Origin: Bdellovibrionota bacterium
Lineage (GTDB): Bacteria > Bdellovibrionota_C > UBA2361 > CALJRW01
NCBI GenBank assembly: GCA_041740355.1
Contig: JBGSMD010000015.1
Location: 48,162-112,161, forward strand
DNA: 64,000 nucleotides
Reading direction: 5' to 3'
Shown: positions 37,663-47,252 of the stretch, piece by piece
How the letters are laid out: each line of letters begins with the position of its first letter
Numbering within the stretch: the first letter of the stretch is position 1
The notes under the pieces: model-generated
Databases searched by the model: none
What the model was told of the DNA's origin: nothing
What the model saw: only the letters and a program-made list of their open reading frames with translations
Position numbers and translations under genes: made by a program

Positions 37663-39498
37663 CTAATAAAGAAATAATGGTACATTTCCCGCACTTGATG
37701 GAAATTCATTATCCCCAACACTATTTGTATTACCGTATCCAAGTTGACCAGCTGAGCCATAACCCCAACAGCGAACCTGACCAGTCGTTAATACTGCGCA
37801 AGTATGCGAACCTCCGGCAGAAATTTTACTAACTTCCCCTCCAACGTTTACGGTTCCTGCAAAGTTTGGAAACTGACTATCAGAAAAGGTTGTCTCATTA
37901 CCATATCCTAATTTTCCATCAGATCCATCACCCCAACAGATAACATCATTTCCAGCTATTCTTGCACATGTGTGCTGTGAACCAGCCGAAACGCTAAGTG
38001 CACTGTTCCCAAGATTGATAAAATTCACCACAGCTGGAACTTCGTCGTCTCCAATGTCGCTAATATTGGCATAACCTAAGCGGCCATTTTGGCCTCGACC
38101 CCAACAATATATCTGATTAGAGCCTTCCATTAAGGCACAGGAGTGTTGAATCCCCGATGTGATTTGAGAAGCTACTCCATTATTTAAGTTAAGAGTTCCA
38201 ACGTCAGATGGCAAATTAGATAACCCCACAGAGGAGCTATTGCCATACCCTAAAATGCCTAAGCCTCCATCACCCCAACACTTAACTCCACCAGTTACTA
38301 ATCTAGCGCAAGTGAAATAGCGCCCAGCAGAAATTTCAGCTACTTCGGCTCCAATACTAACGTCCCCTGCTGTAGCTGGATCTTCATCATCTCCAATACT
38401 ATTACCATTTCCATATCCAAGATATCCAAAACCCCAACAACGCACATTGCCATTTGTGAGCAGCGCACAAGTATGAAACTGTCCGGCGGCAACTTGCTTA
38501 ACAGTGCTGCCAACATTCACATCACCTATACTAGCTGGTGTTTCGTTATCTCCGATTAAATTGGTATTTGAGTACCCAAGTTGTCCAAAATCATTGTATC
38601 CCCAACAGCGAACATTTCCAGTATCCATAAGGGCACAAGCATGAATGCCTCCTGCAGCAATAGAAATTTGGACCGCTTTACCTCCCAGCGGAACATTGCC
38701 GACGCTTGCTGGAGTTTCGTCATCACCGATTATCTCAGTATTCCCATAACCTAACTGTCCATAGGTGTTACTTCCCCAACAACGGACTGCCCCAGATTCC
38801 AGAAGTGCACACGAAAAATCTGTACCTGTCTGGACATCAACGGCAAGATCTCGAAGACATTGATTGCAGTCTAAATTGTCATCACACTCTTCGCCGGAAT
38901 CGACAATTCCATCTCCACAAACAGGGACAACACAATTGTTTCGACAAGAATCAGTGTTAATAGAATTACTATCGTCGCACTCATCCCCTGCATCAACAAT
39001 TCCATCTCCACAAAGTGGAATCACACAAGTATTCCGACAAGCGTCCGAATTATTCGTATTGCCGTCGTCACAGGCTTCCCCCGGATTTGTAACCCCATCT
39101 CCACAAAACGGCTGCAATAAACAGGCGACGCTACAAGAATCAGCATCACTTAAATTACCATCATCACAGGCTTCTCCCGTATCAATGACTGCATTCCCAC
39201 AAAATGACTTACAAGCGAGCTTGCCTTTCTTTTTTAAACGAATAAATTTTGTAGCGAGACGGCTAAACTTGGCATCACCGGTCTCTTCAAATTTCTTTTT
39301 ATTTGCTTTAACTAGTTTTTGAAAAAAAATAAAATTGGATTTCTTATCAACTTTACCTGCCATCCAAACTTGGCGAGGTGTCTTGGAACATTTATAGGTT
39401 TTATTCTGATAATTAACTTCGAAAATCTGAGCAACTAAGACGTGCGGAATAAGTAATATCAAGATTGAAGCTAGAGCTAATTTTTGTAATCTTTTCAT
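37663..39498 (-). CDS. Secreted protein with Myxococcus-type Cys-rich repeats and RCC1 repeats
   Basis: Signal peptide, four CG[DN]...GE.CDD repeats, repeated HTCA...V.CWG....GQLGYG. Confidence 0.88.
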   Translation of the reverse strand: MKRLQKLALASILILLIPHVLVAQIFEVNYQNKTYKCSKTPRQVWMAGKVDKKSNFIFFQKLVKANKKKFEETGDAKFSRLATKFIRLKKKGKLACKSFCGNAVIDTGEACDDGNLSDADSCSVACLLQPFCGDGVTNPGEACDDGNTNNSDACRNTCVIPLCGDGIVDAGDECDDSNSINTDSCRNNCVVPVCGDGIVDSGEECDDNLDCNQCLRDLAVDVQTGTDFSCALLESGAVRCWGSNTYGQLGYGNTEIIGDDETPASVGNVPLGGKAVQISIAAGGIHACALMDTGNVRCWGYNDFGQLGYSNTNLIGDNETPASIGDVNVGSTVKQVAAGQFHTCALLTNGNVRCWGFGYLGYGNGNSIGDDEDPATAGDVSIGAEVAEISAGRYFTCARLVTGGVKCWGDGGLGILGYGNSSSVGLSNLPSDVGTLNLNNGVASQITSGIQHSCALMEGSNQIYCWGRGQNGRLGYANISDIGDDEVPAVVNFINLGNSALSVSAGSQHTCARIAGNDVICWGDGSDGKLGYGNETTFSDSQFPNFAGTVNVGGEVSKISAGGSHTCAVLTTGQVRCWGYGSAGQLGYGNTNSVGDNEFPSSAGNVPLFLY

Positions 39499-39690
39499 TA
39501 GTTTTAAGTTAAAGTTTAATTTAATCTAAATAAATTAATATCTTTTATCTAGTTAAGAAGCTAGCAAAAAATTAGTTAAATAATGATAATTGACTAAAAT
39601 CTCAGTTTTAAAAGCTCTAGATTATACCTCTCCACATCAATTTGAAAACTGTCATAATATGAGAACCTCCGCTTTTTTAAAGATCCGCTA

Positions 39691-40608
39691 CTAGTGTTCT
39701 TTGGGTTCATTCTTTTTCAATGTTACAACTAGGACACCTGATAAAACTAGAATTGTCCCAAGAAGCTGAAGCAAGCCAAATGATTCTCCCAAGAAAATAT
39801 AAGCAAGTATAATTGTTGAAATGGGGCCAACACTAGCCACGATTGAAGCTTGACCAGCTCCTAATATACGAACTCCCTCTGCTATAAAAAAAGTTGGAAT
39901 AACTGTTGCAATGATTGCCATATAGAATGCCAGCCACAAGATATCGGAAGAGACAAATAGGCTAGAAATATTTTTAAAACATAAAAAATGTATAAAAACT
40001 GCAACCGAAGAAATCACCATTGCTAATGCCGTAAAGTTAATAGAACCAAATTTGGGAATTAACTCTCCGGAACCTATTTGATAGAAGGCATATGCTAGGG
40101 CTGCACTAAAAACAAAGAAGGTCCCAATCCAAATATTAGCTTGCGTAGCAATCGAATTTTCAAAGAAGACAATAATAATTCCAATATATGTTAATCCCAA
40201 AGAGAGACATTCAATTGAAGAAATTTTTTTCTTTAAAAAAATTGCCGACAGAACAACAACCAAAGTTGGATATATAAATAAGATCAATCGCTCCAAACTT
40301 GCTGTAATATATTGTAAGCCAATGAAATCGAAAATACTTGCAAGGTAGTAACCAACAAAACCCATAATCAGGATATTAAACCAGTCTTTACTGGCTAGGG
40401 ATCCGCTGACAATCTTTAATCTGCGACGATTCAAGTAGAGAACGAATAGGTAAATCGGAAGAGCAAAAAGCATTCGTAAAGTTAGAATTGTAATCGCATC
40501 AACAGATCCGAGATAGGACAATTTAACTAAAACTGCCTTAGAGGAAAAACCAATTGCACCAATAAAGACTAAGATTGCTCCTTTTAAATTCTTCATCCTT
40601 TCTACCAT
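39691..40608 (-). CDS. DMT/EamA-family transporter
   Basis: About 10 TM segments in two EamA repeats, FLGE motif. Confidence 0.88.
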   Translation of the reverse strand: MVERMKNLKGAILVFIGAIGFSSKAVLVKLSYLGSVDAITILTLRMLFALPIYLFVLYLNRRRLKIVSGSLASKDWFNILIMGFVGYYLASIFDFIGLQYITASLERLILFIYPTLVVVLSAIFLKKKISSIECLSLGLTYIGIIIVFFENSIATQANIWIGTFFVFSAALAYAFYQIGSGELIPKFGSINFTALAMVISSVAVFIHFLCFKNISSLFVSSDILWLAFYMAIIATVIPTFFIAEGVRILGAGQASIVASVGPISTIILAYIFLGESFGLLQLLGTILVLSGVLVVTLKKNEPKEH

Positions 40609-40744
40609 AAACTACTACCACCAAATTCAGTCATTTGACCTAAATGTTTTTGGAAATTTTATCAGCAATTACCAGGCATAAATTCTAATAGTTCTAGTGT
40701 CATATTAACAAGGTTGGTCAATAATATAAAAAATAGAAATTAGA

Positions 40745-42397
40745 TTAATTATTTCGCCTCCAATAACCCCAACGGGTCGGAGTATAATTCTGTTGAATAT
40801 AATTTTTAGCTTCCTTCGACATAACTTTAAATAATCCAGCTCTAGTATGCAGCGTTGGTGCAGATTTTCCGTTAATTAAATTATCCTCATATTTTTTAAT
40901 ATCATCTTTAGATAACATCCTAAGTATTGCTCCATGAGTACACCAATAATAGGAGGTATGTTTGCGAAATACTCCGTACATAGGCCAGTCGTCAACTACA
41001 GAATCTTGAACAGAGGTATTTTTCATCAGCCATTCAATTTTATCTAACGCACGCTTATTTGTTGCAACTTTAGATAAATGCAAACTATTTAATATCGGTG
41101 TCTGATAATAAACTAAGCAGCATTGTAGTATTGCCACAATAGTAAGTACTTCTGCAGCTTGAAACTTAATAATTAATTTGTTGGAAGACCTTAACGCCAA
41201 AATATAGTTAAGCGTATTTAGGATTACATGAACGATACTGTAAATAACTGTAGTTATTAAAGTTGCTGCAAAAAGTGCAATAAAAGGTAAGAAATATTGG
41301 TAGGATTGCAAATAGGGTTCTGGATTAAGCCAAATGCTGGCAAAAGCACTGCCTGCAATCAGCAAAAGTAGTGCATCTCTGCGTTGTCTTGCTAGGTTAG
41401 TCGCACAGAAAATCCACAAAATAATATATCCAATCGCAGCCAAAATAACAGTAACATTACTATTTTCCCATAGTCCCTTTAAATAATTATAAGGATAAAA
41501 CTTTGTTTGCCAATTAAAGTTAAAAGTTAAATTATAATAATAAAATTCAAAGAGTGCGTTATGATAAGCAAAGTATGCCGAGATTAAAATTATCGGGACG
41601 AAGAATCCAAAAGCTATAGAACAAAACTGCAATATTCTTTTTTTATAGTTTAGCCCCCAGCGAGGATCTGATACATACCATATCCAGAACAAAGCCATTC
41701 CAGGCCCGACAAATAAAATCTTTTGTGTATGAAGAACTGCTATCGAAATAAGGAAGCCAGCTAAAAATAGTATTATTAGACTAGATTTGAATTTATTATG
41801 TTTATTTTTATGTTTATTTTTAATATTAAAACTAGTTTTCAGTCCAATTAAGAACAATAAAATTGCTGCTAGATAAAAAGTTACCGCGGGCACGTCTGGT
41901 CGAATCTCAATCATTTTACTCCAGAAGTACTCCATATTTGCTAACATTGCAGCAGCACTAACTCCTACTAAAAGACCTCGTCTTCCACCAATCCAAACCC
42001 AGCCTATTGTGATCACTAATATAAAAATACAGGCTACCCAAATTGACATTAGCTGTCGCAATAATAAAAATGTTGATTTAGCAGCTTCAAAGGAAATTTC
42101 TGGCTTTAAATAAGATAAGATAGGAGCGAGCTGAAAATATAACAAAGGTGTGTGGTGCTCAAAATAGTCGCGATATGGCAAATGACCTTTTGATAAATAC
42201 CAAGCAATATGAGTATGCTGAAATTCATCCGGATTAAAATCTCTTATTTTTAAAATATTTCTACTTTGTAACCAAGGCTGAGTGACTCTTTGATACAATA
42301 AAAATGTAAGTGACAATATTAATACTATTGTTAATAAAGATTTAATTTTAGTATTCATGAAGTCAAGAGTCGTAGTCGTGCGTTTTGGAGGTAGCAC
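40745..42397 (-). CDS. GT-C-fold membrane glycosyltransferase-like protein
   Basis: PDEFQH, PYRDYFEHHTPL, EIRPD motifs, many TMs; start may be ATG at 42358. Confidence 0.7.
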   Translation of the reverse strand: MLPPKRTTTTLDFMNTKIKSLLTIVLILSLTFLLYQRVTQPWLQSRNILKIRDFNPDEFQHTHIAWYLSKGHLPYRDYFEHHTPLLYFQLAPILSYLKPEISFEAAKSTFLLLRQLMSIWVACIFILVITIGWVWIGGRRGLLVGVSAAAMLANMEYFWSKMIEIRPDVPAVTFYLAAILLFLIGLKTSFNIKNKHKNKHNKFKSSLIILFLAGFLISIAVLHTQKILFVGPGMALFWIWYVSDPRWGLNYKKRILQFCSIAFGFFVPIILISAYFAYHNALFEFYYYNLTFNFNWQTKFYPYNYLKGLWENSNVTVILAAIGYIILWIFCATNLARQRRDALLLLIAGSAFASIWLNPEPYLQSYQYFLPFIALFAATLITTVIYSIVHVILNTLNYILALRSSNKLIIKFQAAEVLTIVAILQCCLVYYQTPILNSLHLSKVATNKRALDKIEWLMKNTSVQDSVVDDWPMYGVFRKHTSYYWCTHGAILRMLSKDDIKKYEDNLINGKSAPTLHTRAGLFKVMSKEAKNYIQQNYTPTRWGYWRRNN

Positions 42398-42445
42398 TAA
42401 TATACTAAAAACGATTAAAATTTACGGAGCTGCTTTGAAAAAACT

Positions 42446-42474
42446 TCCACCTGCGTAAAGCTTCGCCGGACAAG
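42446..42474 (+). repeat. 30-bp REP-like unit
   Basis: TCCACCTGCGTAAAGCTTCGCCGGACAAG resembles 15058-15087 and the reverse complement of 18667-18696. Confidence 0.55.
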
Positions 42475-42672
42475 TACTGCTTTTTTCGTACATCAGGTTT
42501 TAGTATATTTGTTTTCCCTAGTATTAAACCTAACTTTATAAGGGTTAATACCTTTGTGCCCCCCCTTGGGTCGCACCAAGTGCTTTGAACTTGATATAAT
42601 ATATTTTTCATATATCAATCCACACAAAGAAACTTCTACCATAAAATTTAGTTTCATCTTATAAGTACAATT

Positions 42673-44139
42673 ATGACTAATTACTATAGAAAAAGTTTTA
42701 AATCACTTCAAAACGAAGCAGCGGATCAAGGGGATAGAACTTTAAAACGCTCGCTAGGTGCATTCAATCTTGTCTTCCTCGGAATTGGAGTTATTATTGG
42801 CGCAGGGCTGTTTTCCCTTACTGGTATTGCCGCTGCCGAAAATGCTGGGCCAGCAGTAAGCATCTCCTTTATGATGGCGGCTGTAGCCTGTGCCTTTGCT
42901 GGAATTTGCTATTCCGAATTTGCTTCCATCATTCCAGTTGCAGGAAGTGCTTATACTTATACTTATGCTACGATGGGTGAATTCCTCGCCTGGATTATTG
43001 GTTGGGACTTAGTTTTGGAATACGCCTTAGGTGCAGCAACTGTTTCGGTTAGTTGGTCGAGGTATCTATTAGAATTTTTAACCAAATTTGGCATCGAACT
43101 CCCCCACAGCTTAATCGTTTCTCCTTGGGAAACATTAAAATTAAGTAATGGTGTTGTTATTGAAGGAGGAATTATTAACCTTCCAGCAGTATTTATTGTT
43201 ATCTGTACCTCTCTCCTATTAATTAAGGGGACAAAAGAATCGGTAATTCTCAATAACATTCTAGTAATTTTAAAATTAATTGTCGTGGCAACTTTTATTA
43301 TTATCGGTTGGGGATATATCGATCCTGCTAACCACATTCCTTACATTCCAGAAAACACTGGCGTTTATGAGCATTTTGGTTGGACTGGTATTGCCACGGG
43401 TGCTGCTGTGGTTTTCTTTGCTTATGTCGGATTTGATGCAGTGTCTACTGCTGCCCAAGAATCCAAGAACCCCCAACGAGATATGCCAATCGGAATTTTA
43501 GGTTCACTAGTTATTTGCACAATTTTATATGTTCTTTTTTCTCACGTAATGACTGGCTTAGTTCATTACTCAGAATTTGAAGGCAATGCAAAACCAGTCG
43601 CTACAGCATTTGCCGTTACTGGATATACTAAACTACAAGACTTGCTTGTACTCGCAATTCTTGCCGGTTATACCTCAGTGATCATGGTACTACTCATGGG
43701 ACAATCACGCGTATTTTACGCTATGGCTAAGGATGGTTTATTACCAAAAGTATTTTCTGAAATACATCCAAAATTTAGAACTCCTTGGAAGACTAATTTC
43801 TTTTTTATGATTTTTGTATCTGCTTTTGCCGGACTAGTGCCAGTATCTGATTTAGGTCATATGGTTAGCATTGGAACACTCTTTGCGTTTCTCTTGGTCT
43901 GTATTGCCGTAATCGTGCTTAGAAAAACAATGCCAGATTTACATCGTCCGTTTAAGACACCTTTTGTTCCAGTTGTTCCAATCTTAGGAGTGCTTTCTTG
44001 TTTATACTTAATGTATTCTCTGCCAATTGAGAGTTGGTATAGATTAGCTATCTGGATGGCACTTGGAGTCTTCTTGTATTTTGTTTATGGAATTAAAAAT
44101 TCTGTGGTAAGAAAACAGGCAGCTGCTTCTAAAGAATAA
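42673..44139 (+). CDS. APC-family amino acid permease
   Basis: GIGVIIGAGLF, YSEFAS, GSAYTY, FFAYVGFD. Confidence 0.93.
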   Translation: MTNYYRKSFKSLQNEAADQGDRTLKRSLGAFNLVFLGIGVIIGAGLFSLTGIAAAENAGPAVSISFMMAAVACAFAGICYSEFASIIPVAGSAYTYTYATMGEFLAWIIGWDLVLEYALGAATVSVSWSRYLLEFLTKFGIELPHSLIVSPWETLKLSNGVVIEGGIINLPAVFIVICTSLLLIKGTKESVILNNILVILKLIVVATFIIIGWGYIDPANHIPYIPENTGVYEHFGWTGIATGAAVVFFAYVGFDAVSTAAQESKNPQRDMPIGILGSLVICTILYVLFSHVMTGLVHYSEFEGNAKPVATAFAVTGYTKLQDLLVLAILAGYTSVIMVLLMGQSRVFYAMAKDGLLPKVFSEIHPKFRTPWKTNFFFMIFVSAFAGLVPVSDLGHMVSIGTLFAFLLVCIAVIVLRKTMPDLHRPFKTPFVPVVPILGVLSCLYLMYSLPIESWYRLAIWMALGVFLYFVYGIKNSVVRKQAAASKE

Positions 44140-44288
44140 GCATAGTGTCATAAGCGGTTTATTGTTTGATTTCAAAATTTCTTGCCGTAAATGCCTTGCC
44201 TAATCTATCAAACAACTTCTAGATGTTTGCCTAATTATTTTTAGAGCAATTGTCAGATGATGGTAGGGGGGATTAAATTGTAGCTAAG

Positions 44289-45575
44289 ATGAAAAGTAAA
44301 TTTCTAAATTTCTGGTTTCTCTGGCCCTTAGCTCACCTATTCCATTTCCAATGGGGCTACTACTTTCACGTTAATCAGGATTATTCCGTATTTTTCTTGG
44401 CAATCCTAATAAATTTTACAGCTATGCTTTGCCTCCTAAAGCCTAGCAAAGCAGCCCTGTTATCCCTAGCCTCCTTTCAATTAGCACAAGTATTAATTCT
44501 TCTTCCCGATGTTCCCAATCACTGGCTATTGATTAGTCTGATCAATTTGAATCTCCTTTTTAATTTTACTCTAGCTAAGTTAAAAAAAGAAACAGAGCTA
44601 ACTTTCTGGGAAAACTTTCGCCAAAGCACCTGCTGGTCTGTAATAATTTTTTACTCCTGGGCTATGTTTTGGAAACTGAATCATGGATTTACAAACTATG
44701 AAACAAGCTGTGCGGTAAAATTTGCCTTAATGGGCTTAACTATCCCCACCTCACTGCAAAAAATCATCCCACATTTAGTTCTACTGGTGGAATTACTTAT
44801 TCCCCTAACTCTATTAGTTTCGAGGTTTAGAAAAGTTGGGGTGCTCTTAGCAATCCTTTTTCATGCCGCTCTATTACTACCTGCTGAAAAATTTTTCCTC
44901 AATTTTTCATTTACAATGATGGCCTTAGTATTATTGTTTATTAATCAGAATCACTTAAAATTCTTCCATACTGATTACGAAAAATACTCTAAGTCATCAT
45001 TAATTATCATCTCGATCTTTCTAGTGATTATAATTACTGCTACAAATCAAACGGGAAGTTGGTTCTACTTAAGACAACTATTTGCCTTAATTCTATATTC
45101 TGCTGCCATTTTTCATTTTCTAAGATCATTTCGCTCAATTACCACCACTCAACTAAAATTGCCCCAATTAAGCTTGGTCTTGGTTCCCGCAATTGTACTA
45201 ATCAATGGCCTAAGCCCAATTGTTGGATTAAAATCCTCTTCGGCTTGGCAGATGTATAGCAATTTAAATTTATCAGAGAAATCATCGAACCATTACTTAA
45301 TTAGTCGCAGTCTGGGGATAGGTGGATATCTTGAAGACCGCATCAAAATTATCTCTAGTAGAGATCTTAATCCAAGCGAAGAATACCCTTATTTTTTATT
45401 AACAAAGTATTGTCATCAAAATAAATGCCATAATTTAAACTATGACAGGAATGGGGTCAGAATTCAAACAAATGGTGAAGCCGAAAAAAAAGATTACTTA
45501 TCACGAAGCATTCTTGAAAAAAAACTCCTTACCTTTAATACCTTTAATGTTTCCGGAAAAGATTGTCGGTGGTAG
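44289..45575 (+). CDS. HTTM-like (gamma-carboxylase-like) membrane protein
   Basis: NH, WKLN.GF, E...P, FH and W.MYSNL motifs with many TMs. Confidence 0.55.
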   Translation: MKSKFLNFWFLWPLAHLFHFQWGYYFHVNQDYSVFFLAILINFTAMLCLLKPSKAALLSLASFQLAQVLILLPDVPNHWLLISLINLNLLFNFTLAKLKKETELTFWENFRQSTCWSVIIFYSWAMFWKLNHGFTNYETSCAVKFALMGLTIPTSLQKIIPHLVLLVELLIPLTLLVSRFRKVGVLLAILFHAALLLPAEKFFLNFSFTMMALVLLFINQNHLKFFHTDYEKYSKSSLIIISIFLVIIITATNQTGSWFYLRQLFALILYSAAIFHFLRSFRSITTTQLKLPQLSLVLVPAIVLINGLSPIVGLKSSSAWQMYSNLNLSEKSSNHYLISRSLGIGGYLEDRIKIISSRDLNPSEEYPYFLLTKYCHQNKCHNLNYDRNGVRIQTNGEAEKKDYLSRSILEKKLLTFNTFNVSGKDCRW

Positions 45576-45589
45576 CTAGGAAATTAAAG

Positions 45590-46270
45590 TTACTTAACTT
45601 TGTTCAAAATACTATCCCCTAGAATCCGCATTGTGGCTTCTAGGTATAATTTTGATTCTATCTCACTTAAACGACTACTATTAGACAAATTTGCTTGGTG
45701 AACTTGTGACAAATCTCCAAAATCTCCTCCCAGATCAAACCAAGCCTTCATTGTTTGAACTCGAAGTTCTACAGTTCCATTAGTTGCAGCAAAGCGAAAA
45801 AAATGTCCTCCAATTTGACTAGAAGCAACTTGATAACTTGGCGCAAGTTGCTCTAAAAATTTTTGGTAGAACTGGGACCACTCTTTGGGAACATTAATTA
45901 AATTTTGCCGAGTCTCATCAGTTAGTAAAAATTTATATAAAGTTGGATTATTTTTCGGATCCATCAGTAAAACCTGAAAAGCAGCAAATTTTTCATTACT
46001 ACCTGCTGTTGTAGAATGTAAAATTTTAAGATGATCAATCACAGGTAAGGTTGACTCAAGGAAGGAAGAAACAACAGGTAATGGTTTGGAAATATCAGGT
46101 AATACGATGTTATTAGAACTAAGACTCAGAGACTTGGAATTCGAGCCGCTTCCTGAAAGCTTTTCCTGCGTTTCGGTATTAACAAGAAGCAAGCCTAAAG
46201 ATGCGAGGCCAACCCCTAAATTTCTGAATCTGAATTTACTAATACTACTACCATCTTGAACAATCGGCAT
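45590..46270 (-). CDS. Hypothetical protein
   Basis: 226-aa ORF with one N-proximal hydrophobic stretch. Confidence 0.5.
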   Translation of the reverse strand: MPIVQDGSSISKFRFRNLGVGLASLGLLLVNTETQEKLSGSGSNSKSLSLSSNNIVLPDISKPLPVVSSFLESTLPVIDHLKILHSTTAGSNEKFAAFQVLLMDPKNNPTLYKFLLTDETRQNLINVPKEWSQFYQKFLEQLAPSYQVASSQIGGHFFRFAATNGTVELRVQTMKAWFDLGGDFGDLSQVHQANLSNSSRLSEIESKLYLEATMRILGDSILNKVK

Positions 46271-46590
46271 ATACTCAATAATCTAAAAACAAAGATGTTG
46301 AATGATCAGGTAAGATCATTTTAATCAAATTAAAAATTTAATCCAGAACTATTTTAATATTAATCACATTGAAATAGTGAAGTCCTGTTAAATGAGATTT
46401 CTACAAATTTCTTAGAAAGTAGCTTCTGCTAGTCGACCTTCTAATTTTATCACTTTCGCTGCCTGCTTCGCAAAAACAAAGTATAGTTTGGACTATTTGT
46501 TTTAACTCACCTTTTATATATCAGATAAGTGTTCATCAGAACTTCCTCCTTGCGCCTGATTTAAGGCAAAGGTCATACTTAGAATTTAGC

Positions 46591-47097
46591 TTAGTCTACG
46601 ACTTCTATTAGCCAGTAATATCGCCCCTCCGTTCGCGTAGAAGTTTTACAAGACGTTAACTCGGAGAGAAGTTCTTGAGAATCTTTGCTGTAATAAGCCA
46701 AGCAATAGTTTTCAGAACGATAATGAACTCCATATACCCGATAGCGTTTATTTACCGCTAGCTCTGGGAAAATTGGTTTAATCTCTGAACAATACCATTT
46801 ATCTATCGGGAAACTTATTTGCGTCGGCTCATGTTGCCGCTCGCCCTTAATCCACTTTTCGATGTTTAATCTGGCAGTTTTTTGCTTCGCAATTTGCGAA
46901 CCCCCTTTGCCATAATCTGGAACAATCACATCTACCTCATCAAGATATGTAACAAGAACCTCAAAAACAAAATCAGATTTGGCGGAACATTCCTGACTTT
47001 TTATACAAGGATTGGGATAATCATCACAGACTGTAGCGCTTGCTATACTGGCTAGTGTTAGAGATATAAGTAGCGTGGACAGGATCTGTTTAAGCAT
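46591..47097 (-). CDS. Hypothetical secreted Cys-containing protein
   Basis: Signal peptide MLKQILSTLLISLTLASIASA from the internal Met. Confidence 0.55.
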   Translation of the reverse strand: MLKQILSTLLISLTLASIASATVCDDYPNPCIKSQECSAKSDFVFEVLVTYLDEVDVIVPDYGKGGSQIAKQKTARLNIEKWIKGERQHEPTQISFPIDKWYCSEIKPIFPELAVNKRYRVYGVHYRSENYCLAYYSKDSQELLSELTSCKTSTRTEGRYYWLIEVVD

Positions 47098-47252
47098 ATA
47101 CTGATTTAGCTTACTAAATAGGACTCGGATTGCAAAGATTGTTTCCTTCACCAACTTGTATAGCTCGCTTATTCTGCTATTCTAGCTTTACTTTAAGGCT
47201 GTTCAATACAACTATTTGTGGTGAATATAACCACTTACGTGACGAAAAATTA

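Noticed and set aside
38706-39322. Plus-strand ORFs with repeated SSHSSP motifs, and similar short antisense or overlapping ORFs elsewhere (e.g. 518, 1277, 3552, 24022, 42963, 58548, 61711)
   Set aside because: Shadows of well-supported genes, mostly on the opposite strand.
42405-42611. 68-aa ORF
   Set aside because: Runs across a REP-like unit in a divergent promoter region; no protein features.
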